The notes beneath the pieces are model-generated. The model had not been told where the DNA came from. It ran no database searches and was given only the letters and a program-made list of their open reading frames with translations. Below are positions 38,441 through 48,179 of a DNA stretch of 64,000 nt, one piece after another. Origin of the DNA: an uncultured Gemmatimonadales bacterium (GTDB lineage Bacteria > Gemmatimonadota > Gemmatimonadetes > Longimicrobiales > RSA9); contig CAVUKA010000001.1 in the NCBI GenBank assembly GCA_963741945.1, positions 256,001 to 320,000 on the forward strand. Direction: 5' to 3'. Position numbers and translations under genes: made by a program. The stretch's first letter is position 1; every line of letters starts with the position of its first letter.

Positions 38441-39910
38441 ATGGCCATTGACCCACCGACCGACCGCCTGGCCCCCGACCGACTCTTCATCGCTGGCGAG
38501 TGGCGCGACGCCGCGGACGGCAGTGTCTTCACCACCTGGAACCCGGGTACGGGCAGCGTCCTGGCCGAAGTGGCGGAAGCCGGAGCCGCGGATGTTGATG
38601 CGGCCGTGCGCGCGGCCCGCGATGCGGCGGCGCCTGATGCCGAATGGCGGCGCATGGACGCGCTGGACCGGGGGCAGGTGGTGGGGCGGATCGGGCGCGC
38701 GATCCGCGAGCGCGCCGAAGCGCTCACGCAGCTCGAGACGCTGGACAACGGAAAGCCGCTGCGGGAGGCCCGGATCGACATCGAGCAGGCCGCGGACGCG
38801 TTCGAATACTACGCGGGGTGGGCCTCGAAGCTGGAGGGCGAGACCGTTCCGGTCCGGGGTCGCGTCCTGAACTACACGGTGCGCGAGCCGGTCGGCGTGG
38901 TCGGCGCCATCATTCCGTGGAACTTCCCGCTGCTGATGGCCGCCTGGAAGGTGGCGCCGGCCCTGGCCTGCGGCAACGCGGTGGTCCTGAAGCCCGCGGA
39001 GCAGACGCCCCTGGCCGCGCTGGAGCTGGCGGCCATCGCGGCGGAGGCCGGGCTGCCGGGTGGTGTCCTGAACGTGGTCCCGGGATACGGCCAGACTGCC
39101 GGTGCGGCACTCGTGCGTCACCCGGACGTGGACAAGATCAGCTTCACCGGCTCCACCGAGGTTGGGAAGCAGATCATGCGGGAGGCGGCGGACTCGCTGA
39201 AGAAGGTTTCCCTGGAGCTGGGGGGCAAGTCGCCGAACATCGTGTTCGACGACGCGGACCTCGACGCCGCCGTCCGGGGCGCCTTCAACGGCATTTTCTA
39301 CAACGCGGGGCAGTGCTGCACCGCGGGCTCACGCCTGCTGGTGCAGTCCTCGATCCACGACGCGTTCATGGAGCGGCTGGTGGAGCGCGTGGACCGGCTG
39401 CAGCCGGGCGAGCCGCTGGATCCGAAGCGCCGCTACGGGCCCGTGATCTCCGAAGAGCAGCTGGCCCGGGTGCTGGGCTACATCGAGAAGGGGCGTTCCG
39501 AGGGGGCGAAACTGCTGACGGGCGGCAACCGCGCGGGGCCAGCCGGGAGCGGGTACTGGGTGGAGCCCACGATCTTCGACGCGGTGGACCCGGAGACCAC
39601 CATCGCCCGGGAGGAGATCTTCGGTCCCGTCCTCGCCACTCTGACGTTCGACGACGAGGCGGAGGCGGTCGAGCTGGCGAACCGCACGATCTACGGCCTG
39701 GCCGCGGCGCTCTGGACTTCCGACGTCAAGCGGGCACACCGCGTGGCCGCGCGGCTCCAGGCCGGCACGGTCTGGGTGAACACGTACCACCCCCTGGACG
39801 CCGCCTCGCCCTTCGGCGGCTACAAACAGTCCGGGTACGGTCGTGAGCTCGGCAAGCACGCGCTGGAACTCTACACCCAGGTCAAGTCCATCTGGGTGGA
39901 TCTGCACTGA
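38441..39910 (+). CDS. NAD-dependent aldehyde dehydrogenase
   Basis: PWNFP, KPAEQTP, FTGSTEVG, LELGGKSP, GQCCTAGSR, EEIFGPV, PFGGYKQSG. Confidence 0.96.
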   Translation: MAIDPPTDRLAPDRLFIAGEWRDAADGSVFTTWNPGTGSVLAEVAEAGAADVDAAVRAARDAAAPDAEWRRMDALDRGQVVGRIGRAIRERAEALTQLETLDNGKPLREARIDIEQAADAFEYYAGWASKLEGETVPVRGRVLNYTVREPVGVVGAIIPWNFPLLMAAWKVAPALACGNAVVLKPAEQTPLAALELAAIAAEAGLPGGVLNVVPGYGQTAGAALVRHPDVDKISFTGSTEVGKQIMREAADSLKKVSLELGGKSPNIVFDDADLDAAVRGAFNGIFYNAGQCCTAGSRLLVQSSIHDAFMERLVERVDRLQPGEPLDPKRRYGPVISEEQLARVLGYIEKGRSEGAKLLTGGNRAGPAGSGYWVEPTIFDAVDPETTIAREEIFGPVLATLTFDDEAEAVELANRTIYGLAAALWTSDVKRAHRVAARLQAGTVWVNTYHPLDAASPFGGYKQSGYGRELGKHALELYTQVKSIWVDLH

Positions 39911-39947
39911 GGCCGATGGCCGACTACGTTCGGAAAGGGAGGCTGTC

Positions 39948-41150
39948 ATGCCCGAGCCGGTGATCGTGTCGGCCGTGCGGACGCCGGTGGGGCGCGCAGG
40001 CGGCGCTCTGGCTTCCGTGCGCCCCGACGACCTCGCGTCGGTCGTGCTGCGCAGGGTGGTGGATGACGCGGGACTCGAGCCGTCTCTCGTGGAGGACGTG
40101 ATCCTGGGCTGCGCGAACCAGGCGGGGGAGGACAACCGCAACGTCGCCCGCATGGCGGCGCTTCTCGCCGACTACCCGGTGGAAGTGGCCGGGCAGACGG
40201 TCAACCGCCTGTGCGGGTCGGGACTCCAGGCGGTCAACAGCGCTGCCCACGCTGTGGCCGCCGGTGAGGGCGACATCTTCGTGGCGGGGGGCGTGGAGTC
40301 CATGAGCCGGGCGCCCTGGGTGCTGCTGAAGCCGGATCAGGGCTACGCCCGCGGTGCGCCCGCGATGGCGGACACCATTCTCGGGTGGCGGTTCGTCAAT
40401 CCTCGCTTCCCGGACCACTGGACGGTGCAGCTCGGCGCCACGGCGGAGAACGTGGCGGAAGCGCGGGCTGTCGGGCGTGAAGCCCAGGACCGGTTCGCGC
40501 TCGAGAGCCAGCGCAGGGCGGCGGCAGCAATGGCTGCCGGGCGTTTTGACCCCGAGATCGTGTCCGTGGAGGTGGCGCGGCGGAAAGCGCCTCCGGTGCA
40601 GGTGACCACGGATGAGCATCCGCGCCCGGACACGACGCTGGACAGACTGGCGAGCCTCCGCCCGGTCTTCCGCGAAGGAGGTACCGTGACGGCTGGCAAT
40701 GCCTCCGGCCTCAACGACGGGGCGGCCGCGCTGCTGGTCACGTCATCGGAGCGCGCCGCCTCGCTCGGGCTGCGTCCCATTGCGCGCTACATCACCAGCG
40801 CCGTGGTCGGGGTGGAGCCCGACTACATGGGCCTGGGACCGGTCCCGGCCGCGCGGAAAGCGCTGCAGCGCGCCGGGCTGCGCGTGGAAGACCTCGATCT
40901 CGTGGAGCTGAACGAGGCGTTCGCGTCACAGAGCATCGCGTGCATGGATGAGCTCGGGCTCGACCCCGAGATCGTGAACGTGAACGGCGGAGCCATTGCC
41001 CTCGGGCACCCGCTCGGCTGTTCCGGAGCCCGCATACTCACCACTTTGATCCATGAGCTGCGGCGGAGGGGGGGCGGTATCGGGATGGCCACCATGTGCA
41101 TCGGCGTGGGCCAGGGCATAGCCACGATCGTGGAAGTAGAAGGGGCATGA
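39948..41150 (+). CDS. Thiolase, PaaJ/PcaF-like (3-oxoadipyl-CoA thiolase)
   Basis: GCANQAGEDNRNVARM, NRLCGSG, DT.LGWRFVNP, NEAFA, GHPLG, CIGVGQG. Confidence 0.9.
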   Translation: MPEPVIVSAVRTPVGRAGGALASVRPDDLASVVLRRVVDDAGLEPSLVEDVILGCANQAGEDNRNVARMAALLADYPVEVAGQTVNRLCGSGLQAVNSAAHAVAAGEGDIFVAGGVESMSRAPWVLLKPDQGYARGAPAMADTILGWRFVNPRFPDHWTVQLGATAENVAEARAVGREAQDRFALESQRRAAAAMAAGRFDPEIVSVEVARRKAPPVQVTTDEHPRPDTTLDRLASLRPVFREGGTVTAGNASGLNDGAAALLVTSSERAASLGLRPIARYITSAVVGVEPDYMGLGPVPAARKALQRAGLRVEDLDLVELNEAFASQSIACMDELGLDPEIVNVNGGAIALGHPLGCSGARILTTLIHELRRRGGGIGMATMCIGVGQGIATIVEVEGA

Positions 41151-41938
41151 ACGAGAAGAAGCAGATCCTCGTGGAGCGGTCGGGCAACCTCGGCTGGATC
41201 CGAATCAACCGTCCGGAGCGCCTGAACGCGCTGGTCGGCGACATGCGCGAGCTGCTCGACCGTGGGCTCCAGGAGCTCGACGAGGATCCGGCCGTCCGCT
41301 GCGTGGCCATCATCGGTGTGGGGCGGGCCTTCTGCACCGGGGGCGACGTTCAGCACATGGCGGAGCTCGCCGAACGCGACGACGGCGAGGCGTTCGAGGA
41401 GCTCGTCCGCGCGGGCATCCGGATCGTCAAGCGGATCGACGAGATGCGGAAGCCCGTCATTGCCGCCGTGAACGGCGCGGCCGCCGGCGCCGGCGCATCG
41501 CTGGCGCTGGCCTGCGACATGAGGATCGCCAGCCAGGCCGCGTCCATCGGGCTCACCTTCACGCGCATCGGGCTCCATCCCGACTGGGGCGGCGCGTACT
41601 ACCTCCCCCGACTCATCGGGTCGGCGCTCGCGGCCGAGCTGACGTTCACCGGCGGCATGATCAGCGCCCGCCGCGCGGAGCGGCTCGGGCTCTTCAACCG
41701 CGTGGTCCCGGCGGACGAGCTGGAGGGCGCCGTCCGCGGCCTCGCGGGCCAGATCGCCGGTGGGCCCGCGCACGTGATCGCGGACGCCAAGCGCACGCTC
41801 CGGCGCAGCCTGGCAGCCGAGCTCGACGAGATCCTCGAAATGGAAGCGGCCGCCCAGCTGCGGGCGTTCCAGTCGACGGAGTTCCAGGAGGGCGTACAGG
41901 CGTTCCTGGAGAAGCGCGCACCGCAGTTCGGGCGATGA
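41147..41938 (+). CDS. Enoyl-CoA isomerase, PaaG-like
   Basis: NGAAAGAGASLALACD and GLHPDWGG (Asp present, no catalytic Glu pair). Confidence 0.8.
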   Translation: MNEKKQILVERSGNLGWIRINRPERLNALVGDMRELLDRGLQELDEDPAVRCVAIIGVGRAFCTGGDVQHMAELAERDDGEAFEELVRAGIRIVKRIDEMRKPVIAAVNGAAAGAGASLALACDMRIASQAASIGLTFTRIGLHPDWGGAYYLPRLIGSALAAELTFTGGMISARRAERLGLFNRVVPADELEGAVRGLAGQIAGGPAHVIADAKRTLRRSLAAELDEILEMEAAAQLRAFQSTEFQEGVQAFLEKRAPQFGR

Positions 41939-42843
41939 GCGAGGGCGCGGTGGCGGCGGCAGGCCAGCCGGGGGAGGCGCGGCGAGTCGTCGTGGTGGGG
42001 GCGGGTACCATGGGGCATGGGATCGCCCAGGTAGCCGCCATGGCCGGGGCGCAGGTCACACTGGTGGATCGGAGCGCCGACCTGGCCGAGGAAGGGCTCC
42101 GGCGCCTCCGTGCGAACCTCGACGCTGGTGTCGAGAGGGGCAAGGTGGAGCCCGAGCTGCGGGATCGGACCGCGGGTCGGGTCACGGGCGGGACGGACCT
42201 GGAAGCGGCCTCGGCGGACGCCGACCTCGTCGTGGAAGCGGTTCCCGAACGGCTGGAGCTGAAGCGGGAGGTCTTCGCCCGGGCGGAGCAGGCCGCGCCG
42301 GCAGGCGTGCTCCTGGCGAGCAACACGAGCAGCCTGAGCATTACCACCATGCAGCGAGGGCTGGCACACCCGGATCGCCTGATCGGGCTCCATTTCTTCA
42401 ATCCCGTCCACATCATGAAGCTCGTGGAGGTGGTCCGGGGGGAGGCATCGTCCGCGGAAGCGGTCGGGGCGGGCGCCGCGTTCGCGCGCTGGATCGGGAA
42501 GGAGCCGATCGTCGTCCGGGACTCGCCCGGGTTCGCGTCGTCCCGGCTCGGCGTCACCCTCGGGCTGGAAGCCATGCGGATGCTGGAAGAGGGCGTGGCC
42601 AGCGCGGAGGACATCGACACGGCCATGACTCTCGGCTACCGCCATCCCATGGGGCCGCTCCGCCTCACCGACCTGGTGGGGCTCGACGTGCGCCTCCACG
42701 TGGCCGAGTACCTCCACGAGTCGCTCGGGGCCGAGCGCTTCCGACCCCCGGAGATCCTGCGTCGGAAAGTGGCCGCGGGGGAGCTGGGCCAGAAGAGCGG
42801 ACGCGGTTTCTACCACTGGCCCGCCACAGGGGAGGGGGGATGA
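41935..42843 (+). CDS. 3-hydroxyacyl-CoA dehydrogenase (PaaH/Hbd-like)
   Basis: GAGTMGHGIAQ, EAVPE, ASNTSS, GLHFFNP, PMGPL...D.VGLD, G.KSGRGFY. Confidence 0.94.
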   Translation: MSEGAVAAAGQPGEARRVVVVGAGTMGHGIAQVAAMAGAQVTLVDRSADLAEEGLRRLRANLDAGVERGKVEPELRDRTAGRVTGGTDLEAASADADLVVEAVPERLELKREVFARAEQAAPAGVLLASNTSSLSITTMQRGLAHPDRLIGLHFFNPVHIMKLVEVVRGEASSAEAVGAGAAFARWIGKEPIVVRDSPGFASSRLGVTLGLEAMRMLEEGVASAEDIDTAMTLGYRHPMGPLRLTDLVGLDVRLHVAEYLHESLGAERFRPPEILRRKVAAGELGQKSGRGFYHWPATGEGG

Positions 42844-43622
42844 CGGAGCTCGAAACCGTGCGCGTCGCCGCGGACGAGGGCGTGGCGACGGTCACCGTGG
42901 ACCGGCCGGAGCGGCGGAATGCGCTGAACGCCGTGGTGCGCCGCGAGCTCACGCGCGTGGTGGAGAGGCTGGCGGGCGAGGACCACGTGCGCGTGGTGGT
43001 GTTCACGGGCGCCGGCGAGAAGGCCTTCATCGCAGGCGCCGACATCGGTGAGTTCGCCGAGCGCACGCCCCTCCAGCAGCGGGCGGCGATGGAAGGGCTG
43101 CGAGTCTACGACGCCATCGCCGCGTTCCCGAAGCCGACGATCGCGTCGATCAACGGCTACGCCCTGGGCGGCGGGTGCGAGCTGGCCCTGGCATGCGACC
43201 TGCGCATCGCCGCCCGCTCCGCCCGGCTCGGTCAGCCCGAAGTCAATCTCGCCCTGCTCCCGGGCGGCGGCGGGACGCAGCGGTTGCCGCGGCTCGTGGG
43301 CCTCGGCCGCGCCATGCGGCTGATCCTCACCGGCGAGATCATCACTGCGGAGGAAGCCGAGCGGATCGGGCTCGTGGACGAGCTGGTGGACGACGACGCG
43401 CTCGCCGCCCGCACCCGCGAGCTGGCCGCCTCCATCGCCGGCCATTCCCCGGTGGCGCTCAAGCTCATCAAGGAAGCGGTGCGCGCGTCCGCGGAGCTGC
43501 CGCTGAGCGCGGGACTGGCCCTCGAGCGAGAGCTCTTCCTCTCGGCGTTCGCAAGCGAGGATCGTGTGGAAGGAGTGGCCGCGTTCCTGGAGAAGCGGGC
43601 AGCCGTGTTCAAGGGGAGGTGA
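42840..43622 (+). CDS. Enoyl-CoA hydratase (PaaF/Crt-like)
   Basis: AGADI, NGYALGGGCELALACD, GQPEV, PGGGGTQRLPRLVG. Confidence 0.93.
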   Translation: MTELETVRVAADEGVATVTVDRPERRNALNAVVRRELTRVVERLAGEDHVRVVVFTGAGEKAFIAGADIGEFAERTPLQQRAAMEGLRVYDAIAAFPKPTIASINGYALGGGCELALACDLRIAARSARLGQPEVNLALLPGGGGTQRLPRLVGLGRAMRLILTGEIITAEEAERIGLVDELVDDDALAARTRELAASIAGHSPVALKLIKEAVRASAELPLSAGLALERELFLSAFASEDRVEGVAAFLEKRAAVFKGR

Positions 43623-43624
43623 CC

Positions 43625-43882
43625 ATGCCCAGGAATCCGTTCGGCGACGATCGCGGCGACGCACCGCGGGCCGCCAACCCGTTCGGCGAGGAGACGCCGG
43701 CGTCGCCCGACCCCGACGCGGACCCGGCCGACACGATCGCGTACTCCGCCGCTCGTATTCGGCGGTTGAAGTCGCTGGTCGGTGCGGAGGGGCTCACGCT
43801 GTCCGCCACGAGGGAGCTCCTGGATCACGTGAGCGCCGCGCTGGACGCGGCAGCCCGTGCGCTGCGGGGGCGCGAGCGCTAG
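43625..43882 (+). CDS. Small hypothetical protein (85 aa) with two NPFG motifs
   Basis: SD GGAGG; MPRNPFGDD...ANPFGEE followed by two predicted helices. Confidence 0.7.
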   Translation: MPRNPFGDDRGDAPRAANPFGEETPASPDPDADPADTIAYSAARIRRLKSLVGAEGLTLSATRELLDHVSAALDAAARALRGRER

Positions 43883-43921
43883 AAGGGGCTGGGCCCCGGC
43901 GTTCCGGAGCCGCCGGGCGGA

Positions 43922-44383
43922 TCAGGCCGCCGGGCTCGCGTCCTCCGGTGCGGGCTGGCCGTTCTGCTGCAGCTCGGCCGCCCGGGCATCCAGCGCTGCC
44001 GCCTCGGCCTCTTCCTCATCCAGCTCATCGGGCACCATGTCGGGATGAGCTTTCCTCGGGGTGCGACTGAGGAGACGGACCATCAGGATTCGCTGCGCCC
44101 GCACGTCGTGCCCCATGTCGACTACCAGCCGCACGAGGTCGCCACCCCCCCAGAGCACCACCGCCACGACGGCGGTACGGGCCGTTTCCCCCAGGAGCGC
44201 CGGGAGCGAGCTGGCCCCCGTCATGCGCAGACCCGCAATGAACTCCGCGGCCAGCGCGACGAAGATGAACACGGCCGCGGCCTTGAAGATCGTGGCCACC
44301 CACCGCAGTCCGGTGTACGGCTCAAGGTCCGTGCTGCGGATCGCGCCGGTCCTGCGCACCCGCGATCTCTCCTGATCTGCCAT
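43922..44383 (-). CDS. Hypothetical membrane protein (2 TM)
   Basis: EPYTGLRWVA.., two hydrophobic segments, DMGHDVRA.RI, acidic tail. Confidence 0.78.
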   Translation of the reverse strand: MADQERSRVRRTGAIRSTDLEPYTGLRWVATIFKAAAVFIFVALAAEFIAGLRMTGASSLPALLGETARTAVVAVVLWGGGDLVRLVVDMGHDVRAQRILMVRLLSRTPRKAHPDMVPDELDEEEAEAAALDARAAELQQNGQPAPEDASPAA

Positions 44384-44424
44384 GCCGACCGCCCTGTTCC
44401 AGTTGCCGGGTCATGCGCCCGGGA

Positions 44425-44440
44425 TGCACGTTCGGGGCCA
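44425..44440 (-). promoter_or_regulatory. sigma54-like -24/-12 motif
   Basis: TGGCCCCGAACGTGCA, between the rpmA terminator and ATG 44383. Confidence 0.4.
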
Positions 44441-44452
44441 CGCACGGGCCTG

Positions 44453-44485
44453 AAAAAGCCCCCCGCGGCCATCACCGCGAGGGGC
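44453..44485 (-). terminator. Intrinsic terminator after rpmA
   Basis: GCCCCTCGCGG-TGATGG-CCGCGGGGGGC followed by TTTTT. Confidence 0.8.
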
Positions 44486-44509
44486 CTCCAGCGCCCGGTC
44501 CGGCCGGCG

Positions 44510-44767
44510 TCACTCCGCCGGGTAGACCGATATCTGCTTGCGGTCGCGGCCCCGCCGCTCGAACGTTACGATCCCGTCCGACAGCGCGAACAGGGTGTCA
44601 TCCTTCCCCCGGCCGACGTTCCGGCCCGGATGGAACTTGGTCCCGCGCTGCCGCACCAGGATGTTTCCCGCCAGAACGCTCTCGCCGCCGTACTTCTTCA
44701 CGCCCAGATACTGCGCATTCGAATCGCGGCCGTTCCGGGTCGAGCCGACGCCTTTCTTATGTGCCAT
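44510..44767 (-). CDS. rpmA: 50S ribosomal protein L27
   Basis: [31 protein letters not shown]. Confidence 0.99.
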   Translation of the reverse strand: MAHKKGVGSTRNGRDSNAQYLGVKKYGGESVLAGNILVRQRGTKFHPGRNVGRGKDDTLFALSDGIVTFERRGRDRKQISVYPAE

Positions 44768-44781
44768 ATGCTACCTCCCGC

Positions 44782-45096
44782 TCAGCCGGCGTTGATCTGA
44801 TCGATCCGGACCGCCGTGAACTTCTGACGGTGGCCCTGCTTGCGACGGTAGTTCTTCCGCCGCTTCCACTTGAACACGATCACCTTCTTGCCCTTCCCGT
44901 GCTCCACCACCTCACCGGTGACGGAAGCACCTTCCACGCTCGGCGCACCCACCTTCACGCCGTCGTCGGTCTGGGCGACGAGGACGTCATCGAACGTCAC
45001 CGTCTCCCCGGGCTCCGCCTTGAGCGACGGGACCTTGATCGTCTGTCCGGGCTCGGCCCGGAACTGTTTCCCGCCAGTGCGGATAATCGCGTACAT
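44782..45096 (-). CDS. rplU: 50S ribosomal protein L21
   Basis: [25 protein letters not shown]. Confidence 0.99.
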   Translation of the reverse strand: MYAIIRTGGKQFRAEPGQTIKVPSLKAEPGETVTFDDVLVAQTDDGVKVGAPSVEGASVTGEVVEHGKGKKVIVFKWKRRKNYRRKQGHRQKFTAVRIDQINAG

Positions 45097-45131
45097 ATCG
45101 GCTTGTCTTCAGGTTCGTGTACAGACGGAGG

Positions 45132-45160
45132 AAGTTGGGTCCTCGATCCGGTTTCGTCAA
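45132..45160 (-). promoter_or_regulatory. sigma70-type promoter for rplU-rpmA
   Basis: TTGACG-N17-CAACTT. Confidence 0.55.
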
Positions 45161-45198
45161 CCCCGGGAACGGCGTGGGTCCATGGACCCGTGGGCGCG

Positions 45199-46728
45199 TC
45201 AGACGGCGTAGCGGGTGGTCACATCCGTGTGGGCGGGCCCGGAGAGGAGGCGGAACTCGTCCGCCTTCATGAGCGGGTCGTCGCGCATGTCGAGGTCGAG
45301 CTGGAGGCGACCGGCCAGGCGCCGGAGGAAATCGGGCTCGTCCTCGAGGATATGGAGCGCCACCTGGGGGTGCAGCCGGATGGAAAGGCGCCGGTCGGCG
45401 CCATTCACGGCGGCCCTGCGGAGCGCCCGCTCGATGCGCCGCACCACGGTCTCGGGGGTGAAGACCCGGCCAGCGCCCTGGCAGTGGGCGCACGGCTCGG
45501 TCAGCGAGTAGTAGAGGCTGGGGCGGACGCGCTGGCGCGTCATCTCCACCAGTCCGAGCTCGGAGACCTGGAAGGCGCGGGTCCGTGCGCGATCGCGGTT
45601 CAGGTAGGTACGGAGCTCCTGGAGCACCCGGTCCTGATTGGTCTTCGTCTCCATGTCGATGAAGTCGACCACGATGATGCCGCCGATGTCGCGGAGTCGG
45701 AGCTGGCGGGCGACCTCCCGGGCGGCGTCGAGGTTGGTCTTCAGGATGGTCTTCTCGGGATCCTTCTTCCCCGTGTAGCGGCCCGTGTTCACGTCCACGG
45801 AGACGAGGGCCTCCGTGGGCTCGATGATCAGGTACCCGCCGGAGGGGAGGTCGACGCGTCGCTGGAACGCCTCCCGGATCGCCTCCTCGACGCCGTACTC
45901 GTCGAAGAGAGGGAGCGGTTCGTCATAGAGATGGACGCGGGACATGAGGTCGGGATCGATCCCGTCCAGGTAGCGCTTGATCTCCTCGTGGACCTCCCCG
46001 CTATCCACCTTGAGGGAATCCACCTTGTTGGTGAAGATGTCCCGGATGATCCCCTTGGTGAGGCCGGCCTCGCGGTGGACCAAGGCTGGGGCCCGCACGC
46101 TGCGGGCCTTCTTCTGGATCTGCTTCCACGTGCCGAGGAGTGTCTTGAGCTCCCGCTTGAAGAGCTCCGGCGTGAGCTCCTCCCCGGCCGTCCGGATGAT
46201 CAGGCCGCCGGCGCCGTCCGGGAGATTCTCCCTGGCCATGCGACGCAGCCGGGCGCGCTCCTCGCGATCATCGATCTTGCGGCTGACGCCGACATGATCG
46301 GACTGCGGCATGAGGACGAGGAACCGTCCGGGCAGGGAGATCTGGCTGGTGACGCGGGGGCCCTTCGTGGAAATGGCCTCCTTGGTCACCTGCACCAGGA
46401 TCTTCTGCCCCTTCTTCAGTACTTCCTGGATGGGCGGGTGGCTGCGCCGGCCGTTGCCGCCGTTGCCGCCGTTGCCATTGCCGTTTTCGTCGTCATCCTC
46501 CTCCTCGGCCAGATCGGAGCCGTGGAGGAAGGCGGCCTTGTCCGTGCCGATCTCGACGAAGGCCGCCTGGATCCCGGGGAGGACCGCCTGCACCTCCCCG
46601 AGGTAGATGTCACCGACAATGCGGCCGGCGTCCGGCCGTTCGACCAGGAACTCGACGAGGACGTCGTCCTCGAGTATCGCCACGCGCGCTTCCTGCGGCG
46701 CGGACGAGATCAAAATTTCTCGCTTCAT
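45199..46728 (-). CDS. Rne/Rng-family ribonuclease (RNase G-length, no scaffold tail)
   Basis: S1 domain PGIQAAFV, QVTKE...KGPR, DVNTG, LRDIGGIIVVDFIDM, CAHC. Confidence 0.96.
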   Translation of the reverse strand: MKREILISSAPQEARVAILEDDVLVEFLVERPDAGRIVGDIYLGEVQAVLPGIQAAFVEIGTDKAAFLHGSDLAEEEDDDENGNGNGGNGGNGRRSHPPIQEVLKKGQKILVQVTKEAISTKGPRVTSQISLPGRFLVLMPQSDHVGVSRKIDDREERARLRRMARENLPDGAGGLIIRTAGEELTPELFKRELKTLLGTWKQIQKKARSVRAPALVHREAGLTKGIIRDIFTNKVDSLKVDSGEVHEEIKRYLDGIDPDLMSRVHLYDEPLPLFDEYGVEEAIREAFQRRVDLPSGGYLIIEPTEALVSVDVNTGRYTGKKDPEKTILKTNLDAAREVARQLRLRDIGGIIVVDFIDMETKTNQDRVLQELRTYLNRDRARTRAFQVSELGLVEMTRQRVRPSLYYSLTEPCAHCQGAGRVFTPETVVRRIERALRRAAVNGADRRLSIRLHPQVALHILEDEPDFLRRLAGRLQLDLDMRDDPLMKADEFRLLSGPAHTDVTTRYAV

Positions 46729-46739
46729 ACCTCACGTGT

Positions 46740-47960
46740 TCATCTCCCGTCGAAAGTCTCATCGAAGAGCTGGCGCGCAATGACGAGGCGCTGGATCTCG
46801 TTCGTGCCTTCGCCGATCTGACAGACCTTGGCATCGCGCATGTGCCGTTCAACGGGATACTCGTTCGTGTAACCGTAGCCGCCCAGGACCTGCACGGCCT
46901 GGGTGGTGATGTCCATTGCGGCATCGCTCGCGTACAGCTTGGCCATGGAGGCCTCCTTCGTGTACGGGCGACCCGTTTCCTTCAGCCACGCGGCATGATA
47001 GACCAGGTGCCGCGCGGCCTGTATTCGTGTGGCCATATCGGCCAGCCGGAACTGTATACCCTGGAAGTCCCGCAGAGGTCTGCCGAACTGCCTGCGTCGG
47101 TCGGAGAAGCGGAGCGCGGTCTCATACGCGCCCTGCGCGAGCCCGAGTGCCAGCGCCCCCACGCCGATGCGTCCGGCGTCCAGGGTCTTCATGAAATTGA
47201 CGAACCCCCGCCCTTCCTCGCCCAGCCGGTTTCCGGTCGGGACCCGTACGTCGTCGAAGAGGAGCTCGCGCGTGTCGGACGAGCGCCAGCCCATCTTGTC
47301 CTCTTTCTTTCCCGCGCGCACGCCGTCCATGAACGGCTCGAGCTCCGGTGCGTGCCCAACGCCGACGCGGTCCGCGTCCGCGCGGTCCGTGGTCTCCTTG
47401 GTCACGATGAAGCTCGTGATCCCGCGCGGGCCCTGGCTGCGGTCGGTCACGGCCGTGGCCACGAAGATCTCACCCACACCGGCGTGGGTGATGAAGATCT
47501 TGCTTCCATTGAGCCGATAGTGCCCGTTCTCCCGAACGGCGGTGGTGCGGCTGCCACCGGCATCGGAGCCGGCGTCGGCCTCCGTGAGTCCGAACCCGCC
47601 CAGCACCCTCCCGGCCGCCAGCAGAGGCACGTAGCGCTGGCGCTGCTCCGGAGTGCCGAAATTGAGGATCGGCGAAAGCGCGAGCGTGCTGTGGGCGCTG
47701 ACCGTGATGGAGTGGCTCGCATCGATCCGGGCGAGCTCTTCCACGGTCAGGATATAGGTCAGGTAATCGCGGCCGAGACCGCCGTACTCCTCCGGCACGT
47801 TCACCCCGAACCAGCCGCGCTCCGCCATGCTGGCCACGTTGTCCCAGGGGAAGCGGCTCTGCTCGTCCAGCGCTCCGGCCACGGGCGCGATTTCCGCCTC
47901 GGCGAAAGCGCGAACGTCGCGGCGGTGGGCCTCGTGCTCGTCGGTCAGATAGGGCTGCAT
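46740..47960 (-). CDS. Acyl-CoA dehydrogenase
   Basis: FGLTEADAGSD, NGSKIFIT, KMGWRSS.T, RRQFG, QVLGGYGY, IGEGTNEIQR. Confidence 0.96.
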   Translation of the reverse strand: MQPYLTDEHEAHRRDVRAFAEAEIAPVAGALDEQSRFPWDNVASMAERGWFGVNVPEEYGGLGRDYLTYILTVEELARIDASHSITVSAHSTLALSPILNFGTPEQRQRYVPLLAAGRVLGGFGLTEADAGSDAGGSRTTAVRENGHYRLNGSKIFITHAGVGEIFVATAVTDRSQGPRGITSFIVTKETTDRADADRVGVGHAPELEPFMDGVRAGKKEDKMGWRSSDTRELLFDDVRVPTGNRLGEEGRGFVNFMKTLDAGRIGVGALALGLAQGAYETALRFSDRRRQFGRPLRDFQGIQFRLADMATRIQAARHLVYHAAWLKETGRPYTKEASMAKLYASDAAMDITTQAVQVLGGYGYTNEYPVERHMRDAKVCQIGEGTNEIQRLVIARQLFDETFDGR

Positions 47961-48012
47961 AGGGCAGTTACGCCTGGTTCCATCGCCTGGGCCATGGCCG
48001 GCGGACCGGCAC

Positions 48013-48055
48013 GAAAAAACGCCCCCGCCGGGCAGCGCCCTGCCGGAGCGGGCGG
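48013..48055 (-). terminator. Terminator-like imperfect hairpin plus T6 between recQ and the acyl-CoA dehydrogenase
   Basis: CGCCCGCTCCGGCAG-GGCG-CTGCCCGGCGGGGGCG-TTTTTT. Confidence 0.55.
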
Positions 48056-48179
48056 CGCCGACCGCGCCGCGGGGTCTATTGTTCCAGCGTGCAACTTATT
48101 ACGACGGCCCATGGACGGCCAGCCTGCGTCCACCGCTGCCCCGGAACGGGACCGAACGGAAGGCGGGAACGCCGGGATC

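Noticed and set aside
46448-46490. GCCGTT-type microrepeat in the RNase E/G gene
   Set aside because: It encodes a low-complexity NGNGNGGNGG loop in the S1 domain; in frame and unremarkable.
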